64,000 nucleotides of DNA, taken from NCBI GenBank assembly GCA_965261085.1, contig OZ253442.1, positions 3,456,001-3,520,000 of the forward strand. Direction: 5' to 3'. Made by a program: the position numbers and the translations under genes. Every line of letters starts with the position of its first letter. Position 1 is the stretch's first letter. Positions 38,823 through 49,292 of this stretch are shown piece after piece. The notes under the pieces were generated by a model. The model searched no databases and was not told where the DNA came from. It was given only the letters and a program-made list of their open reading frames with translations. This stretch comes from a bacterium. GTDB lineage: Bacteria; UBA8248.

Positions 38823-39707
38823 TTAACCACCCTCGCCCGTGGCGCAGCGAAAGCCGATCTTGTTGTTCCTGTAATCGGGGGGGCGATGGTAGCGGTTGTG
38901 CGCCGTGGCCCAGGCGATGGGGCTGCCCCAGGATGCGCCTCGAACGACTCTGGTTTTTCCCTTTGACGGCCCGTGCGGGTCGCGCTCGGCCATTTTTTTA
39001 TACGCTCTCGATTGATAGCGGTCGGCCGCCCATTCCCAGACGTTGCCGGACATGTCGAGCGCGCCGAACGGGCTCGCGCCTTTCGGAAAGCGGCCCACGG
39101 GCGCGACGACGGGGAACCCGTCCTTGCCACCTTTGAGGTTGGCTCTCATCACATCGCGTTCCTTGCCCCAGGGGTAGCGCCTACCGTCTCCGCCGCGCGC
39201 CGCGCGCTCCCATTCCGCTTCGGTGGGCAGGCGCCTGCCCGCCCACTGGCAATACGCTTCCGCATCGGGCCAGCTCACGTGGGATACGGGTTGTTTCGGA
39301 ACGCTTTTCCAGCTTGATTTCGGGCCTTCGGGCCGACGCCAGCTCGCGCCCTTCGTTTTTCGCCAGCCGCCTTTTCCTTTTCTCAGAGAAGCGTCCCATG
39401 TCCAGGACCATTTCCGCTTCTCGGCCGTCGTCTTGTATCCCGTTTGGGCGACGAAACGAGCGAAGCGCTCCGCCGTCGCCTCTGTCTGGCCGATCCAGAA
39501 ACCCGGAACGAAAACCTTTCTGGGCGGACGCTCATCCTTATCGCCGGATTTGCTGCCCATCACGAACCACCCCGATGGAACGTGGACCAGCGTGGCGCCG
39601 TCGAAGCCGGATATTTTCTGGCTGGCCTGCTGCGCCTGTGCAAACGAGCCGGTGACGCCCAGGAGGCAGGCGACCAGTAGATAAACGAAGGGTCTCATGG
39701 GATACAT
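38823..39707 (-). CDS. Formylglycine-generating enzyme (SUMF1/FGE-sulfatase) family protein, exported
   Basis: [45 protein letters not shown] and GFRCA. Confidence 0.92.
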   Translation of the reverse strand: MYPMRPFVYLLVACLLGVTGSFAQAQQASQKISGFDGATLVHVPSGWFVMGSKSGDKDERPPRKVFVPGFWIGQTEATAERFARFVAQTGYKTTAEKRKWSWTWDASLRKGKGGWRKTKGASWRRPEGPKSSWKSVPKQPVSHVSWPDAEAYCQWAGRRLPTEAEWERAARGGDGRRYPWGKERDVMRANLKGGKDGFPVVAPVGRFPKGASPFGALDMSGNVWEWAADRYQSRAYKKMAERDPHGPSKGKTRVVRGASWGSPIAWATAHNRYHRPPDYRNNKIGFRCATGEGG

Positions 39708-39774
39708 CGCGTACTTATCTCCTGTGCTCGGGCGATGGTGGGAAAGGTAGAAAACGACCCCCAGCGGAGAAGCC

Positions 39775-40203
39775 TTAATCCCTCAGCGGGTCTCTGGGGT
39801 CGTCCACGAACGTCGTGCCCGCTGCTTCCTTGTTGGGCATGCCGCCGTAGGTGAATATCAACTCCGCCGGCTCGTCTCCGCTCGGATTCTCCTGGCCGTG
39901 GATGCACCCACACGGAAAATAGACGAAATGGCCGACGGGCACCTCTTTTCTGGTGATCTCCTCCCCCTCTTTCCAGTAAATGTTGATGGGGCCTTTCGCC
40001 ACGTAAATCGTGGTGTCGCAGTTTTTGTGAAAATGAAGCGCGTTGCGCCCCCTGGGCGGGATGATGGTTCTGCCCATCGTGATGGTATCGGTGCCCGTCG
40101 TCTCGCGATTCACGCCCCAACGGATATCGTAGGGCGGCTCATAGGCCTTGTCCTCGTCTACGTCCAGGGAATTTACGACTTGCGGGATCGGCAAATCCGC
40201 CAT
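39775..40203 (-). CDS. Cupin-domain protein
   Basis: HFH and [11 protein letters not shown] cupin motifs. Confidence 0.8.
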   Translation of the reverse strand: MADLPIPQVVNSLDVDEDKAYEPPYDIRWGVNRETTGTDTITMGRTIIPPRGRNALHFHKNCDTTIYVAKGPINIYWKEGEEITRKEVPVGHFVYFPCGCIHGQENPSGDEPAELIFTYGGMPNKEAAGTTFVDDPRDPLRD

Positions 40204-40257
40204 GATGATGCCTCCGAAAATGTGGGTAAAAATCCAAAAAACCGGAAAATTCCCGCT

Positions 40258-41484
40258 CTAACCTTCGGGCGGAACGCTCCAGGAAACGATGTTCTTCTCT
40301 CTCAAATCCTCGAGTTCGTCAGACCCCATGCCGAGAAGATCGCCCAGAACCTCTCTCGTGTGCTCTCCCAGATAAGGCGCCCGCGTGTACTTCATCTGCG
40401 CGCCCGGCATTCTGATGGGCGGCCCCAGGACCTTCATCCTCCCCGCCACGGGGTGGTCCATCTCCACAATCATGTCCCGCGCCAGAATCTGGGGGTCTTC
40501 CATCGCCTGCGCCACGGTGTTCACCGGCGCGAAGGGAACGAAGCCCTGAAGCAGTTCGGTCCACTCCGCGTTCGTTTTCTCCCTGAACGCCTTTTCGAGG
40601 ATGTCCAGCAGCGCTTCACGGTTCTCGAAACGATCCTGGGCCATTTGGAAGCGCGGGTCCTCGGCCACCTCCCCAATACCCATGCGCTCGACGAGGATGG
40701 GGAAGAAACTCTGCTTGAGGCAAAGCACGCTTATCCAGCCGTCTTTCGTCTCGAAATTCTGTGCGGGCACCATCGAGGGGTGCGCGCTCCGGGAAAATTT
40801 TTGCGGCACGTAGCCGCAGTTGAGCGCCCAGGTGGCCATGTATGCGAGTTGAACCAGGGCGCCGTCCATCAGCGCCACGTCGACGTCCCTGCCCTTGCCG
40901 GTGCGGCCGACTTCCCACAGCGCAGCCAACAGGCCCACGAGCGATATGAAACCACCGGTGAAATCGACAAAGCTCACGCCTGCCTTGGTGGGGGGGCCGT
41001 CAGGCTCTCCCGTTAAATCCATGATGCCCGCGTAGGCCTGCATGAGGTAATCATAGGCCGGCTCACCCGCTCTGGGGCCCGTCATCCCGTAGCCAGAGAG
41101 AAAACAGCACACGATTTTCTCGTTGTAGGGACTCAGATGCTTATACGTTATTTCGAGTTTCTCGGGCGCCGTGCCCCTGCAATTCGCATAGAGCGCATCC
41201 GCCTTGGGCACGAGTTTGCGCAATATCTCCCTGCCCTCGGGCGTGCGAATCCTGAGCGCGACGCTCTTCTTGTTGCGGTTGAAGGACTGAAAATAGTAGC
41301 TGTCGTTACCCGGAAGGGCGTACGGGGGAACGGGCCGCGCGGAATCGCCACCCACGGCGTGATCCTCTATCTTGATGACTTCGGCCCCCATATCCGCCAA
41401 CAGTTGCGAGGCCAGCGGCCCCGCCCCGAACTGCTCGACCGCCAGTATCCGCAGCCCTTCCAGCGGAAGTCGACCATCCATCAA
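40258..41484 (-). CDS. Family III CoA-transferase (CaiB/BaiF)
   Basis: PLEGLRIL, AGP..LADMGAEVIKIE, NRNKKS, YDYLMQA and APYLGEHT. Confidence 0.93.
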   Translation of the reverse strand: MMDGRLPLEGLRILAVEQFGAGPLASQLLADMGAEVIKIEDHAVGGDSARPVPPYALPGNDSYYFQSFNRNKKSVALRIRTPEGREILRKLVPKADALYANCRGTAPEKLEITYKHLSPYNEKIVCCFLSGYGMTGPRAGEPAYDYLMQAYAGIMDLTGEPDGPPTKAGVSFVDFTGGFISLVGLLAALWEVGRTGKGRDVDVALMDGALVQLAYMATWALNCGYVPQKFSRSAHPSMVPAQNFETKDGWISVLCLKQSFFPILVERMGIGEVAEDPRFQMAQDRFENREALLDILEKAFREKTNAEWTELLQGFVPFAPVNTVAQAMEDPQILARDMIVEMDHPVAGRMKVLGPPIRMPGAQMKYTRAPYLGEHTREVLGDLLGMGSDELEDLREKNIVSWSVPPEG

Positions 41485-41768
41485 TCACACCCTTTCCGGA
41501 ATCTCCGCCCCGGGATTCACCTCACCACCCGTGGCAAATCTATTTTACAAGGCTTGAGATTCACCCGAATCTCAAGCAATATCAACGCTTTTCGGCTTTG
41601 AATCACTCACCTGCATGTATGAGCGCACATGAGATTATTACAAAACATCACGAAAGTATATTTGCCGTTTCTTTCGCGCCCCGGATTTTGCTAGAATTAA
41701 CGTGATCCGGCTCGATTTCACTACACCTGAAAGACAAAGTCTTTCGCATCTTAGGAATACATTCATTT

Positions 41769-42515
41769 ATGGTCACGAAAATATCGATTCAAAATCTGAG
41801 AAAAGTCTATGACACTCCCGAGAGAAAGGTGCATGCCTTGGAGGGCGTGAACCTCAACATCGAGGACGGCGAGTTCATCTGCCTCGTCGGGCTTTCGGGC
41901 TGCGGGAAGACGACGCTGCTCAACATGCTCGCCGGTTTCGTCGAGATCACCGCGGGCACAATCACCATGGACGGAAGAACGCTCACCCAGGACTACGACA
42001 AGGGCGTCGTGTTCCAGGAATACGCCCTGTTCCCGTGGCGCACGGCGAGGCAGAACGTGGAATACGGTCTCGAAATCAGAAACTTACCCGAGGCTGAGCG
42101 CACGAAAATCGCGCTCGATTACCTGCGCCTCGTTCGCCTCGAGGAATTTGCGGATTTCTTTCCCCACAACCTCTCGGGCGGCATGCGCCAGCGGGTGGCG
42201 GTGGCGAGAGCCATGGCGTTCGACCCGCAAATTCTCCTGATGGATGAGCCCTTCGGCGCGCTCGACGCCCAGACGCGCGAGGAATTACAGGAGTTGACCG
42301 TCGACGTATGGCAGAAGACGAAAAAGACGATTCTCTACGTCACCCACAACTTGAGCGAAGCCGTCTACCTCGGGAGCCGGATCGTGGTTTTCGTTCCGAA
42401 TCCGGGAAGAATTCGCGAGATCGTGAACGTCGATCTCCCCAGACCCCGCGACGATCTCGCGCCCGAGTTCATCAAACTCCAACGACACGTCAACGATTTG
42501 ATTCGTGATTTTTAG
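41769..42515 (+). CDS. NitT/TauT-family ABC transporter ATP-binding protein
   Basis: GLSGCGKTT, VFQEYALFPW, LSGGMRQR and MDEPFGALDAQTR. Confidence 0.93.
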   Translation: MVTKISIQNLRKVYDTPERKVHALEGVNLNIEDGEFICLVGLSGCGKTTLLNMLAGFVEITAGTITMDGRTLTQDYDKGVVFQEYALFPWRTARQNVEYGLEIRNLPEAERTKIALDYLRLVRLEEFADFFPHNLSGGMRQRVAVARAMAFDPQILLMDEPFGALDAQTREELQELTVDVWQKTKKTILYVTHNLSEAVYLGSRIVVFVPNPGRIREIVNVDLPRPRDDLAPEFIKLQRHVNDLIRDF

Positions 42516-42528
42516 AGAGGAATAATCC

Positions 42529-43455
42529 ATGCAGACATCTCAGGCAGCACCCTCTCCCCAGATGTTGGACGAGAAGAAAAAAACAGTGAGAAGGCCGATA
42601 TGGGTGAAGCTGCGACCGACCTACCCGTTCATCGTCATCCTGGCCCTCTGGCAGGTCGCCGCCATGCAGGCACAGGGCAACCAGGGAAGACTCTTTCCCA
42701 CCGTCGACGCCATCGTCTATCGGGCATGGGAGCTGGTGACGGGCCCATTGTTCCGGGAGTTGGCCGAAAACCCGAACTTAGGACTCATTGACCAGTTCTT
42801 GAAACTCCTGGAGAGTCCGATTCTGCTGCATACGATCAACACCGCATGGCGTCTTCCGTTCGCGTTCTTCATCGCCGCTGTCGTCGGCACCATCGTGGGC
42901 ATAATGATGGGGCGCTTCGCTTTCTGGGAGGCGTTCTTCGTGCCGCTTCTCTCGGTGCTGCTGCCGATTCCGGCTATCGCGTGGACGCCCATCGTCGTCA
43001 TCTGGGCGGGCATCGGGAATCAGACGGTCATCGTCATCACGGCCTTCGCCTCCTTCCTGCCCATCGCCATGGCCGTGTGGACGGGCGTGAAAACCGTGAA
43101 CCCGGTATGGATACGCGCGGCCCAGTCGATGAACGCGGACAAGATGACGATTTTCCGCACCGTCGTCCTGCCCGGGTCGCTGCCGATGATCCTGAGCGGT
43201 CTGCGCATCGGCCTGGCGCGCGCCTGGCGCGCAGGGGTCGGAGCCGAGGCGTTCGCCGGAATCCGATGGGGACTTTCCGCCGGCATCTTCGACGCGCAGG
43301 AATACCTGGACATCGCGTTCATGATGGTCGCGCTCTCCGTCCTCGGTCTCTTCGGTTTCGTTCTCGAAAAGATGCTCTTCCAGCCCATCGAAAGCCGCAC
43401 CGTCATCCGCTGGGGCATGATGGAAGCGATGGGCGCGCAGGACAAGAAAGTGTAA
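42529..43455 (+). CDS. NitT/TauT-family ABC transporter permease
   Basis: PIPAIAWTP, RAAQSM.A and LPMILSGLRIG. Confidence 0.9.
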   Translation: MQTSQAAPSPQMLDEKKKTVRRPIWVKLRPTYPFIVILALWQVAAMQAQGNQGRLFPTVDAIVYRAWELVTGPLFRELAENPNLGLIDQFLKLLESPILLHTINTAWRLPFAFFIAAVVGTIVGIMMGRFAFWEAFFVPLLSVLLPIPAIAWTPIVVIWAGIGNQTVIVITAFASFLPIAMAVWTGVKTVNPVWIRAAQSMNADKMTIFRTVVLPGSLPMILSGLRIGLARAWRAGVGAEAFAGIRWGLSAGIFDAQEYLDIAFMMVALSVLGLFGFVLEKMLFQPIESRTVIRWGMMEAMGAQDKKV

Positions 43456-43483
43456 TCAAGGCAAGAACGACAAACGCTTACCG

Positions 43484-43517
43484 GCCGGGCGCGGCGAGAG
43501 TCGCGCCCGGTTTTTTT
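43484..43517 (+). terminator. Rho-independent terminator
   Basis: GCCGGGCGCGGC-GAGA-GTCGCGCCCGGT followed by a T-tract, downstream of the permease. Confidence 0.75.
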
Positions 43518-43784
43518 GTGTCATGGAGGATGATTCGCGCGCGCCATTCCCGCCACTCACCGCTATCCCGTCCCGCCACGCATTGCTGCGGCGCATGGGC
43601 GCGTAGCGGGCGCCTCGGGTAACGCCTTCGGCGCGAACGAGGCAGCGCAGAAGAGTAGGAGCCGAGAGAGGAGAGACATCCTCGAAATGCGAGTTGAACT
43701 CCCGGCCCCGGCAATTGGAAGTGTCGTGCTTGTGGGCGCGAAACTCCTCGAAATATCGGGGGAACACTCGGCTCCAGCAATAAG

Positions 43785-43817
43785 AAACCCCCGGGAACTT
43801 CTCGCCCCCGGGGGTTT
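43785..43817 (-). terminator. Probable terminator hairpin downstream of the SBP gene
   Basis: AAACCCCCGGG...CCCGGGGGTTT inverted repeat. Confidence 0.6.
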
Positions 43818-43841
43818 TGGTGTTGCGTCTGCTCCGTTCGC

Positions 43842-44831
43842 CTAGTTGAAGCCGATGTCCTTCGCGGCCTTGCGGAGGATGGAGTCATCCAGGAACGGAC
43901 TCTTGGTGAAGTCGGGGTGGCTCTTGATCCAGCCGAGCTTGATCTGCTTATCCCCCATGTCGTTCAGGTATTTCTTCACCTCGTCACTCAGGAAAACCTC
44001 CGTCTTGAGCTTTTTAACGACCTTGAGAGTGGTGCTCACCTTGGCCTTGTCGCCGACTTCCTGCAGCGCCCTAGTGTAGACCTTGGCGTAGGTCTTCGGG
44101 TCATTCTTGAGCAACTGGTGCGCCTTCAGCCAGCCCCTGAAATACTTGTAATAGAGATCGGGGTGCTTCTTGATGGTCTGGGGGTTGCCCACGTGCATCA
44201 TTCTCGTATTGTCGTACTTGCACAGATCCTCCAGATAGCGAATCAGGCCCTGCTCGCGGGCGATCTCACCCTGCGGCTCGCCGACCATGGCCGCCTGGGC
44301 GGCGCCGGATATCAGAGCGGCGATGCGCTCTGTGGTGCGGACGCTCAGGAGCTGGAAATCCGAACTCTTCAGGCCATGCGAGGGAATCACGTAGGACTGA
44401 AACGCGAAGTCCGTGCTCGTGCCCTTCTTGTTGGCGAACACCGAACCCTTGAGGTCCTTCAAGCTCTTGGCCTTCGAGTTCACAGGCACGATAATGGCGA
44501 CCATGCCGCAGATGTTCGCCGTCACCCCGATGGCCGTCACCCTCGCCCCCTTGGATATCGCCGTGGTGAAGGGCGAGAAGCCCGTGGTGCCGGTATCCAA
44601 GTTATTCTGGATGATGGCGTTGCGCATCAGTTTGCCCTGCTTGAAGTGGCCCATCGTGTACTTTAAGCCCTCTTTTTTCCAGTAGCCCATGCGGTCGGCG
44701 ATGACCTCGAAAGACCCCATCAGGGCCCTGTGCGCGCCGATGCGCAGCGTCGCCGAATCGGCCGGTGCGACCACCACGAACGTACCCGCTACGAAAGCGG
44801 CGGCCAGTGCGAAACCAACTAATCTTTTCAT
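43842..44831 (-). CDS. NitT/TauT-family ABC substrate-binding protein
   Basis: Signal peptide MKRLVGFALAAAFV (start 44831); SLKDLKG, KGTSTD and AAMVGEP. Confidence 0.88.
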   Translation of the reverse strand: MKRLVGFALAAAFVAGTFVVVAPADSATLRIGAHRALMGSFEVIADRMGYWKKEGLKYTMGHFKQGKLMRNAIIQNNLDTGTTGFSPFTTAISKGARVTAIGVTANICGMVAIIVPVNSKAKSLKDLKGSVFANKKGTSTDFAFQSYVIPSHGLKSSDFQLLSVRTTERIAALISGAAQAAMVGEPQGEIAREQGLIRYLEDLCKYDNTRMMHVGNPQTIKKHPDLYYKYFRGWLKAHQLLKNDPKTYAKVYTRALQEVGDKAKVSTTLKVVKKLKTEVFLSDEVKKYLNDMGDKQIKLGWIKSHPDFTKSPFLDDSILRKAAKDIGFN

Positions 44832-45138
44832 GCTTGTTTCTCCTCCTAGTGAATGAAGACTTCCATGGATAGCCCAAGGCATCCTAAGAAGACGCAAGAC
44901 CCGCCGCGCCGGGATATCATCGGCCCCGATCAAGCCATACGCCAGTGAATTGAAAATATCCGCTTACTATGTAGGAAAGCGAAATTCCATCTATATATAA
45001 ATTCGATATACTTATAAATTAGTATACCAAAATCTCGCCGAAAACCAAATCTCGCACAAAGCTGATATCGGGATGGGGATCGGCGGCGTCTTGGTCCCGA
45101 ATCCACAAGAAGCGGAGAATGCATGACGGCGGAAGAAG

Positions 45139-45216
45139 TGGCGGGGCTGACGGGACTCGAACCCGCGATCTCTGGCTTGACAGGCCAGCGCGATAACCAA
45201 ACTTCGCTACAGCCCC
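45139..45216 (-). tRNA. tRNA-Asp (anticodon GTC)
   Basis: GGGGCTGTAGCGAAGTTTGG...CTGGC-CTGTCAA-GCCAG...GGTTCGAGTCCC..CAGCCCCGCCA. Confidence 0.96.
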
Positions 45217-45347
45217 CACGGGAAAAATTTTGAAAACCGCCCGAAGAATGTCGGTTTATATCCCGCTCTCGGGCTCTAAGTCAACACGAAAGGCTACGTT
45301 TCGCCTCAAAAGGACAAACGTGACGCCTTCGCATGATGTAACGCCGC

Positions 45348-46406
45348 TCAGCCCAGGACCAAGCCGAGAGACTCTCCTCGCGCGAGGCGCACCATCCCCT
45401 TTTCCGTCACCAGGGCGTCCACGAAACGCGCGGGCGTCACATCGAACGCGGGGTTGAAGACGCGCACGCCCTCGGGAGCGACGGGCACGCCGCCAAAGGA
45501 GCGAACCTCCTCTTCGGGGCGCTCTTCTATGGGAATATCCGCTCCCCCTTTCGCCTCCATGTCGATGGTGCTCGTCGGCGCCGCCACATAAAAGGGCACT
45601 CCGTGCTCCCTGGCGAGCACCGCGAGGCCATAGGTGCCGATTTTGTTGGCGACGTCCCCGTTTGCGGCCACGCGGTCCGCGCCGACTACGATCGCGTCGA
45701 TTCTTCCCAGGCGCATGCAATGCGCGGCCATATTGTCGGTGATGAGCACGACGGGAATGCCGTCGCGGCTCAGTTCCCAGGCGGTGAGGCGCGCTCCCTG
45801 CAGAAAAGGCCTCGTCTCGTCCACGTAAACCTCGCGCACACGCCCATCCCGGAAGCCGCTGCGAATCACGCCGCCCGCCGTGCCGTACCCGGCGGTCGCC
45901 AGCGCGCCCGCGTTGCAATGGGTGAGAACACTGCTCCCCTCCGGCAGCAGCACGGCGCCAAGGTCGCCAATCCTGCGGCAAACCGCCACGTCCTCTTCAT
46001 GCATCTCTTTCGCCAGGCGGAGGAGTTCTTCGGCCAACGCGTGAGGCGCGGTGTCGCTTTCGCGGATATGGGCCTTCATTTTTTCAATCGCCCAGAATAG
46101 ATTGACCGCCGTGGGGCGCGTGGCGCCCAGCACCCGCGCCGCCCGTTCGAGCGCCTCACGCTGCGCATCGGCCCCTGAACCCGCGTGGCGGGCGGCTGCC
46201 AGGGCCATGCCGTAGCCCGCTGCTATCCCGATGGCGGGCGCGCCGCGCACCACCATGGTCTTGATGGCCTCGGCCACCTCCTCTTCCGTGCGGAATTGGA
46301 GATAAACCTCTTCGCGGGGAAGTTTCCGCTGATCGATCAAGACGAGCGCGCCGCCTCGAAACGCGATGCTATGGAAGTTCCCCTCAATCTCTTTTTTCTC
46401 GCCCAT
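45348..46406 (-). CDS. mtnA: S-methyl-5-thioribose-1-phosphate isomerase
   Basis: MVVRGAPAIG, RPTAVNL, THCNAGALAT, ETRP.LQGARLT and NKIGTY. Confidence 0.95.
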   Translation of the reverse strand: MGEKKEIEGNFHSIAFRGGALVLIDQRKLPREEVYLQFRTEEEVAEAIKTMVVRGAPAIGIAAGYGMALAAARHAGSGADAQREALERAARVLGATRPTAVNLFWAIEKMKAHIRESDTAPHALAEELLRLAKEMHEEDVAVCRRIGDLGAVLLPEGSSVLTHCNAGALATAGYGTAGGVIRSGFRDGRVREVYVDETRPFLQGARLTAWELSRDGIPVVLITDNMAAHCMRLGRIDAIVVGADRVAANGDVANKIGTYGLAVLAREHGVPFYVAAPTSTIDMEAKGGADIPIEERPEEEVRSFGGVPVAPEGVRVFNPAFDVTPARFVDALVTEKGMVRLARGESLGLVLG

Positions 46407-46448
46407 TCAGATTCTCTCATTCACAACGTCGCGCGAGCGCATGGGATT

Positions 46449-46742
46449 CTACGCCATGTCGCTCAGAATCTTTTTTACCTCCTCGATGCCCAAGCCTGAG
46501 ATTTTCAGGCGTTTCCTGCGCGTGCTCACACCTGAGGTGATTCGTATGGAGCGCTTCGGAATCTTCATCTTCCGGGAGAACAACTCGATGCACTGCTTGT
46601 TGGCGGCCCCGTCCACGGGCGGCGCCGAAAGCCGCACCCGCAGGGCGCCATCGTGAACTCCACTGATTTCGGTTTTGGATGAGCGCGGCTGGACCCGAAC
46701 CTCAAAGCTGACGCCGTCCGCCTCCTCGCGGAGGCCGATCAC
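46449..46742 (-). CDS. yggU: DUF167 / YggU family protein
   Basis: VRVQPRS...APPVDGAAN...G..R.K. Confidence 0.85.
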   Translation of the reverse strand: MIGLREEADGVSFEVRVQPRSSKTEISGVHDGALRVRLSAPPVDGAANKQCIELFSRKMKIPKRSIRITSGVSTRRKRLKISGLGIEEVKKILSDMA

Positions 46743-47317
46743 GACGCATCGCCCTCCGCTTTCTGGTTCAACTTGATGACGTTTTCATTTTCCTCGTCTG
46801 CAACTTCTTCGCTTTCCTCTTCCAGGAAGCGTGGGAGGTCGACCCCCATGCGGACGCCCTCGATTTCGAGCGTCCGGATTTGGGAGAGAAACGTCCCATA
46901 TAGCTCCATCAGAAGTTTGTCCCTCAAATCCTTTATATCCAACACCTCTTCGCGCAACTTTTCGGTATCCTTTTCGGCTTTCGCGAGGATATTCTCGGCC
47001 TCGGCCTTGGCCTTTTTGATGATCTCCTCGGCGTCGGTTTCCGCTTTCTCCACCATTTCGCCGGACTTGGTCGTGGCCTGATCCCTCAGTTCATTAACGG
47101 AGATGAGGATTTTTTGCAGATTGGCGTGCTCTTCTCTCAAACCATTGTATTGCTCGAACAGGTCCTTGCATTGCAGGCTGAGCTGCTCGTTCTTCCGCAC
47201 GGACTGATCCAGCCAGTCGGCCACCTTGAACAGGAACGCGTCGACTGCGAGACGATCGTAGCCCCGCATTTTATTCGAAAAGCTATGGCTTCGAACGTCG
47301 TTGCCAGTGTACTTCAT
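46739..47317 (-). CDS. divIVA: DivIVA-domain protein
   Basis: DVRSHSF...RGYD..AVDAFL followed by a coiled coil; start MKYTG at 47317. Confidence 0.8.
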   Translation of the reverse strand: MKYTGNDVRSHSFSNKMRGYDRLAVDAFLFKVADWLDQSVRKNEQLSLQCKDLFEQYNGLREEHANLQKILISVNELRDQATTKSGEMVEKAETDAEEIIKKAKAEAENILAKAEKDTEKLREEVLDIKDLRDKLLMELYGTFLSQIRTLEIEGVRMGVDLPRFLEEESEEVADEENENVIKLNQKAEGDAS

Positions 47318-47339
47318 CTGCAGGCTCCCAAAGCGAAAA

Positions 47340-47636
47340 TCAACGCAACATCTTGGCCAGATCAAAAATACTCTGTACCACGAAACTTTGCAAAAAGAAT
47401 ATGATCAGCAAAACCACAATCGGACTCGCGTCGATGCCTCCGATATTCGGCATCCGGTAGCGCACGGGCGCCAGCACCGGCTCCGTCAGGCGATACAATA
47501 TCTGGACTATCGGATTGTAGGGGTCCGGATTCACCCACGACAAGAGCGCGCGAATGATGATGATCCAAATGTAGATGGTGAGCAGATAGCTGAGAATCAC
47601 GCCGATTCCGTTCATGAAATTCGATATCAAGAACAC
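47340..47636 (-). CDS. yggT: YggT family membrane protein
   Basis: RALLSWVNPDPYNPIV...TEPVL.P.R...GGID.SPIV. Confidence 0.92.
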   Translation of the reverse strand: MFLISNFMNGIGVILSYLLTIYIWIIIIRALLSWVNPDPYNPIVQILYRLTEPVLAPVRYRMPNIGGIDASPIVVLLIIFFLQSFVVQSIFDLAKMLR

Positions 47637-47663
47637 GGCCGAACTCCCGTTTGAAAAAATGGG

Positions 47664-48470
47664 CTAGCCACGGCCCAGCTCCTCGCTCCTGCGCGCGGCG
47701 GCGCTCACGGCGTTCATGACGGCGGAGCGCAGCCCCCCGTTTTCCAGCGCGTGCAAGCCTGCGATGGTCGTTCCCCCGGGCGAGGCCACCATATCCTTCA
47801 AGCGGCCCGGATGCTCCCCTGTTTCGAGCAGCATCTTGGCGGAGCCCAAAACGGTTTGGGCCGCCAGAAGCATCGCCTCCTCACGCGGCAGGCCCGCCAT
47901 CACCCCGCCGTCCGCCAGCGCCTCGATGAACTGAAACACGTACGCGGGGCCGCTGCCCGACAAACCCGTCACGGCGTCCATCAACGACTCAGGCAGAACC
48001 ACAGCCTTGCCGACGGACTCCAAAAGCTGTCTCGCTTGCGACAAATCCGCCTCCGACGCCCCTCCGCCCGCGCACAGTCCCGCGGCGCCTTCTCCCACGA
48101 GGGCGGGCGTGTTCGGCATGACGCGGACGATCCGCGCCTCATCGCCCAAAATCCCCGTAAACCGGCTCGTGGGCGCGCCTGCGACGATGGAAATCAGGAG
48201 CGGGCCGTGCGCCAGGGCGTCCTTCAGTCCATCCAGAACAACGTCCAGCACCTGCGGCTTCACGGCGATCACCACCGTTTGCGCCTTAGGAGCGGCTTCC
48301 GCCCCATCGGGCGCCACCTGAAACCCCGACGTTTTTCTGAGATATTCGGCGCGCTCGGCCAGGGGTTCCGCGATGACGATGTCATCGACTTTCGCATAGG
48401 CGGAATTCACCATGCCCATGACGAGCGCTTCGCCCATGTTTCCACCACCGACTACAAGGATTTCCGCCAT
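47664..48470 (-). CDS. proC: Pyrroline-5-carboxylate reductase
   Basis: GGGNMGEA, AVKPQ, RVMPNTP, GSGPAY and SPGGTT. Confidence 0.96.
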   Translation of the reverse strand: MAEILVVGGGNMGEALVMGMVNSAYAKVDDIVIAEPLAERAEYLRKTSGFQVAPDGAEAAPKAQTVVIAVKPQVLDVVLDGLKDALAHGPLLISIVAGAPTSRFTGILGDEARIVRVMPNTPALVGEGAAGLCAGGGASEADLSQARQLLESVGKAVVLPESLMDAVTGLSGSGPAYVFQFIEALADGGVMAGLPREEAMLLAAQTVLGSAKMLLETGEHPGRLKDMVASPGGTTIAGLHALENGGLRSAVMNAVSAAARRSEELGRG

Positions 48471-48563
48471 TTTTCAAGCACCTTCCGCATGTGAGTTCGA
48501 AATCGTCCCGATACCCGGAACCAGCTCATCCTACTGAAATGATTGGTCTGTTTCAAATTCGCT

Positions 48564-49292
48564 TCAGTTCGTTCCTCTCGGTCCAAAAACGGCCGTGCCG
48601 ATGCGGACGAGCGTCGCTCCCTCGGCTATCGCGACTTCAAAGTCGTTCGACATGCCCATCGACAACTCGCGGACGTGGGAGAAGCCGGCGTCTTGGATAT
48701 CATCCCTCAATTTTCTCAACAATTCAAAATGTGGGCGGCTCTCCTCCGCCTCCCTTCCCAGGGGAGGAATGCACATCAAGCCGACCACCCGCAAGGCTTC
48801 CAGCGCAGACGCCTCCCGCACGAGCGTCATCGAATCAGCGGGAGAAACTCCACCCTTCTGGGCTTCTTCCCCGGTATTGACCTGGATATACACGTCCAGG
48901 GGTTCTACCCCCGCGCAATTCACGCGCTTGTTCAACTCCCGCGCGAGGGCTAGAGAATCCAGAGATTCCACCACGTCGAACAGCCCGGGCACGGCGCGGG
49001 CCTTGTTCCTTTGCAGACTGCCGATGAGATGCCACCTTGCTTTGCCTGCCACTTCAGGGTCAATCTCGCCCCTCTTGCGCTGGGCTTCCTGCACCCGGTT
49101 CTCCCCGATGATGTCGACGCCCGCCTCGATTGCTTCGACGACCCGCTCGGGGGGCTGGGTCTTGCTCACGGCCAGAAGGCGAATTTCATCCGGATTCCGG
49201 CCACAGGCCAGGGCGGCATCCGCCACGCGCCCCTTCACCATCTCGTATCGCTGCCATATAATGCTCACCGTCTTTCTCACGCTCCTATCCAT
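48564..49292 (-). CDS. yggS: PLP homeostasis protein (YggS family)
   Basis: LAVSKT, GENRVQEA, WHLIGSLQRNK, LSMGMS.D and VRIGTAVFG; start MDRSV at 49292. Confidence 0.93.
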   Translation of the reverse strand: MDRSVRKTVSIIWQRYEMVKGRVADAALACGRNPDEIRLLAVSKTQPPERVVEAIEAGVDIIGENRVQEAQRKRGEIDPEVAGKARWHLIGSLQRNKARAVPGLFDVVESLDSLALARELNKRVNCAGVEPLDVYIQVNTGEEAQKGGVSPADSMTLVREASALEALRVVGLMCIPPLGREAEESRPHFELLRKLRDDIQDAGFSHVRELSMGMSNDFEVAIAEGATLVRIGTAVFGPRGTN

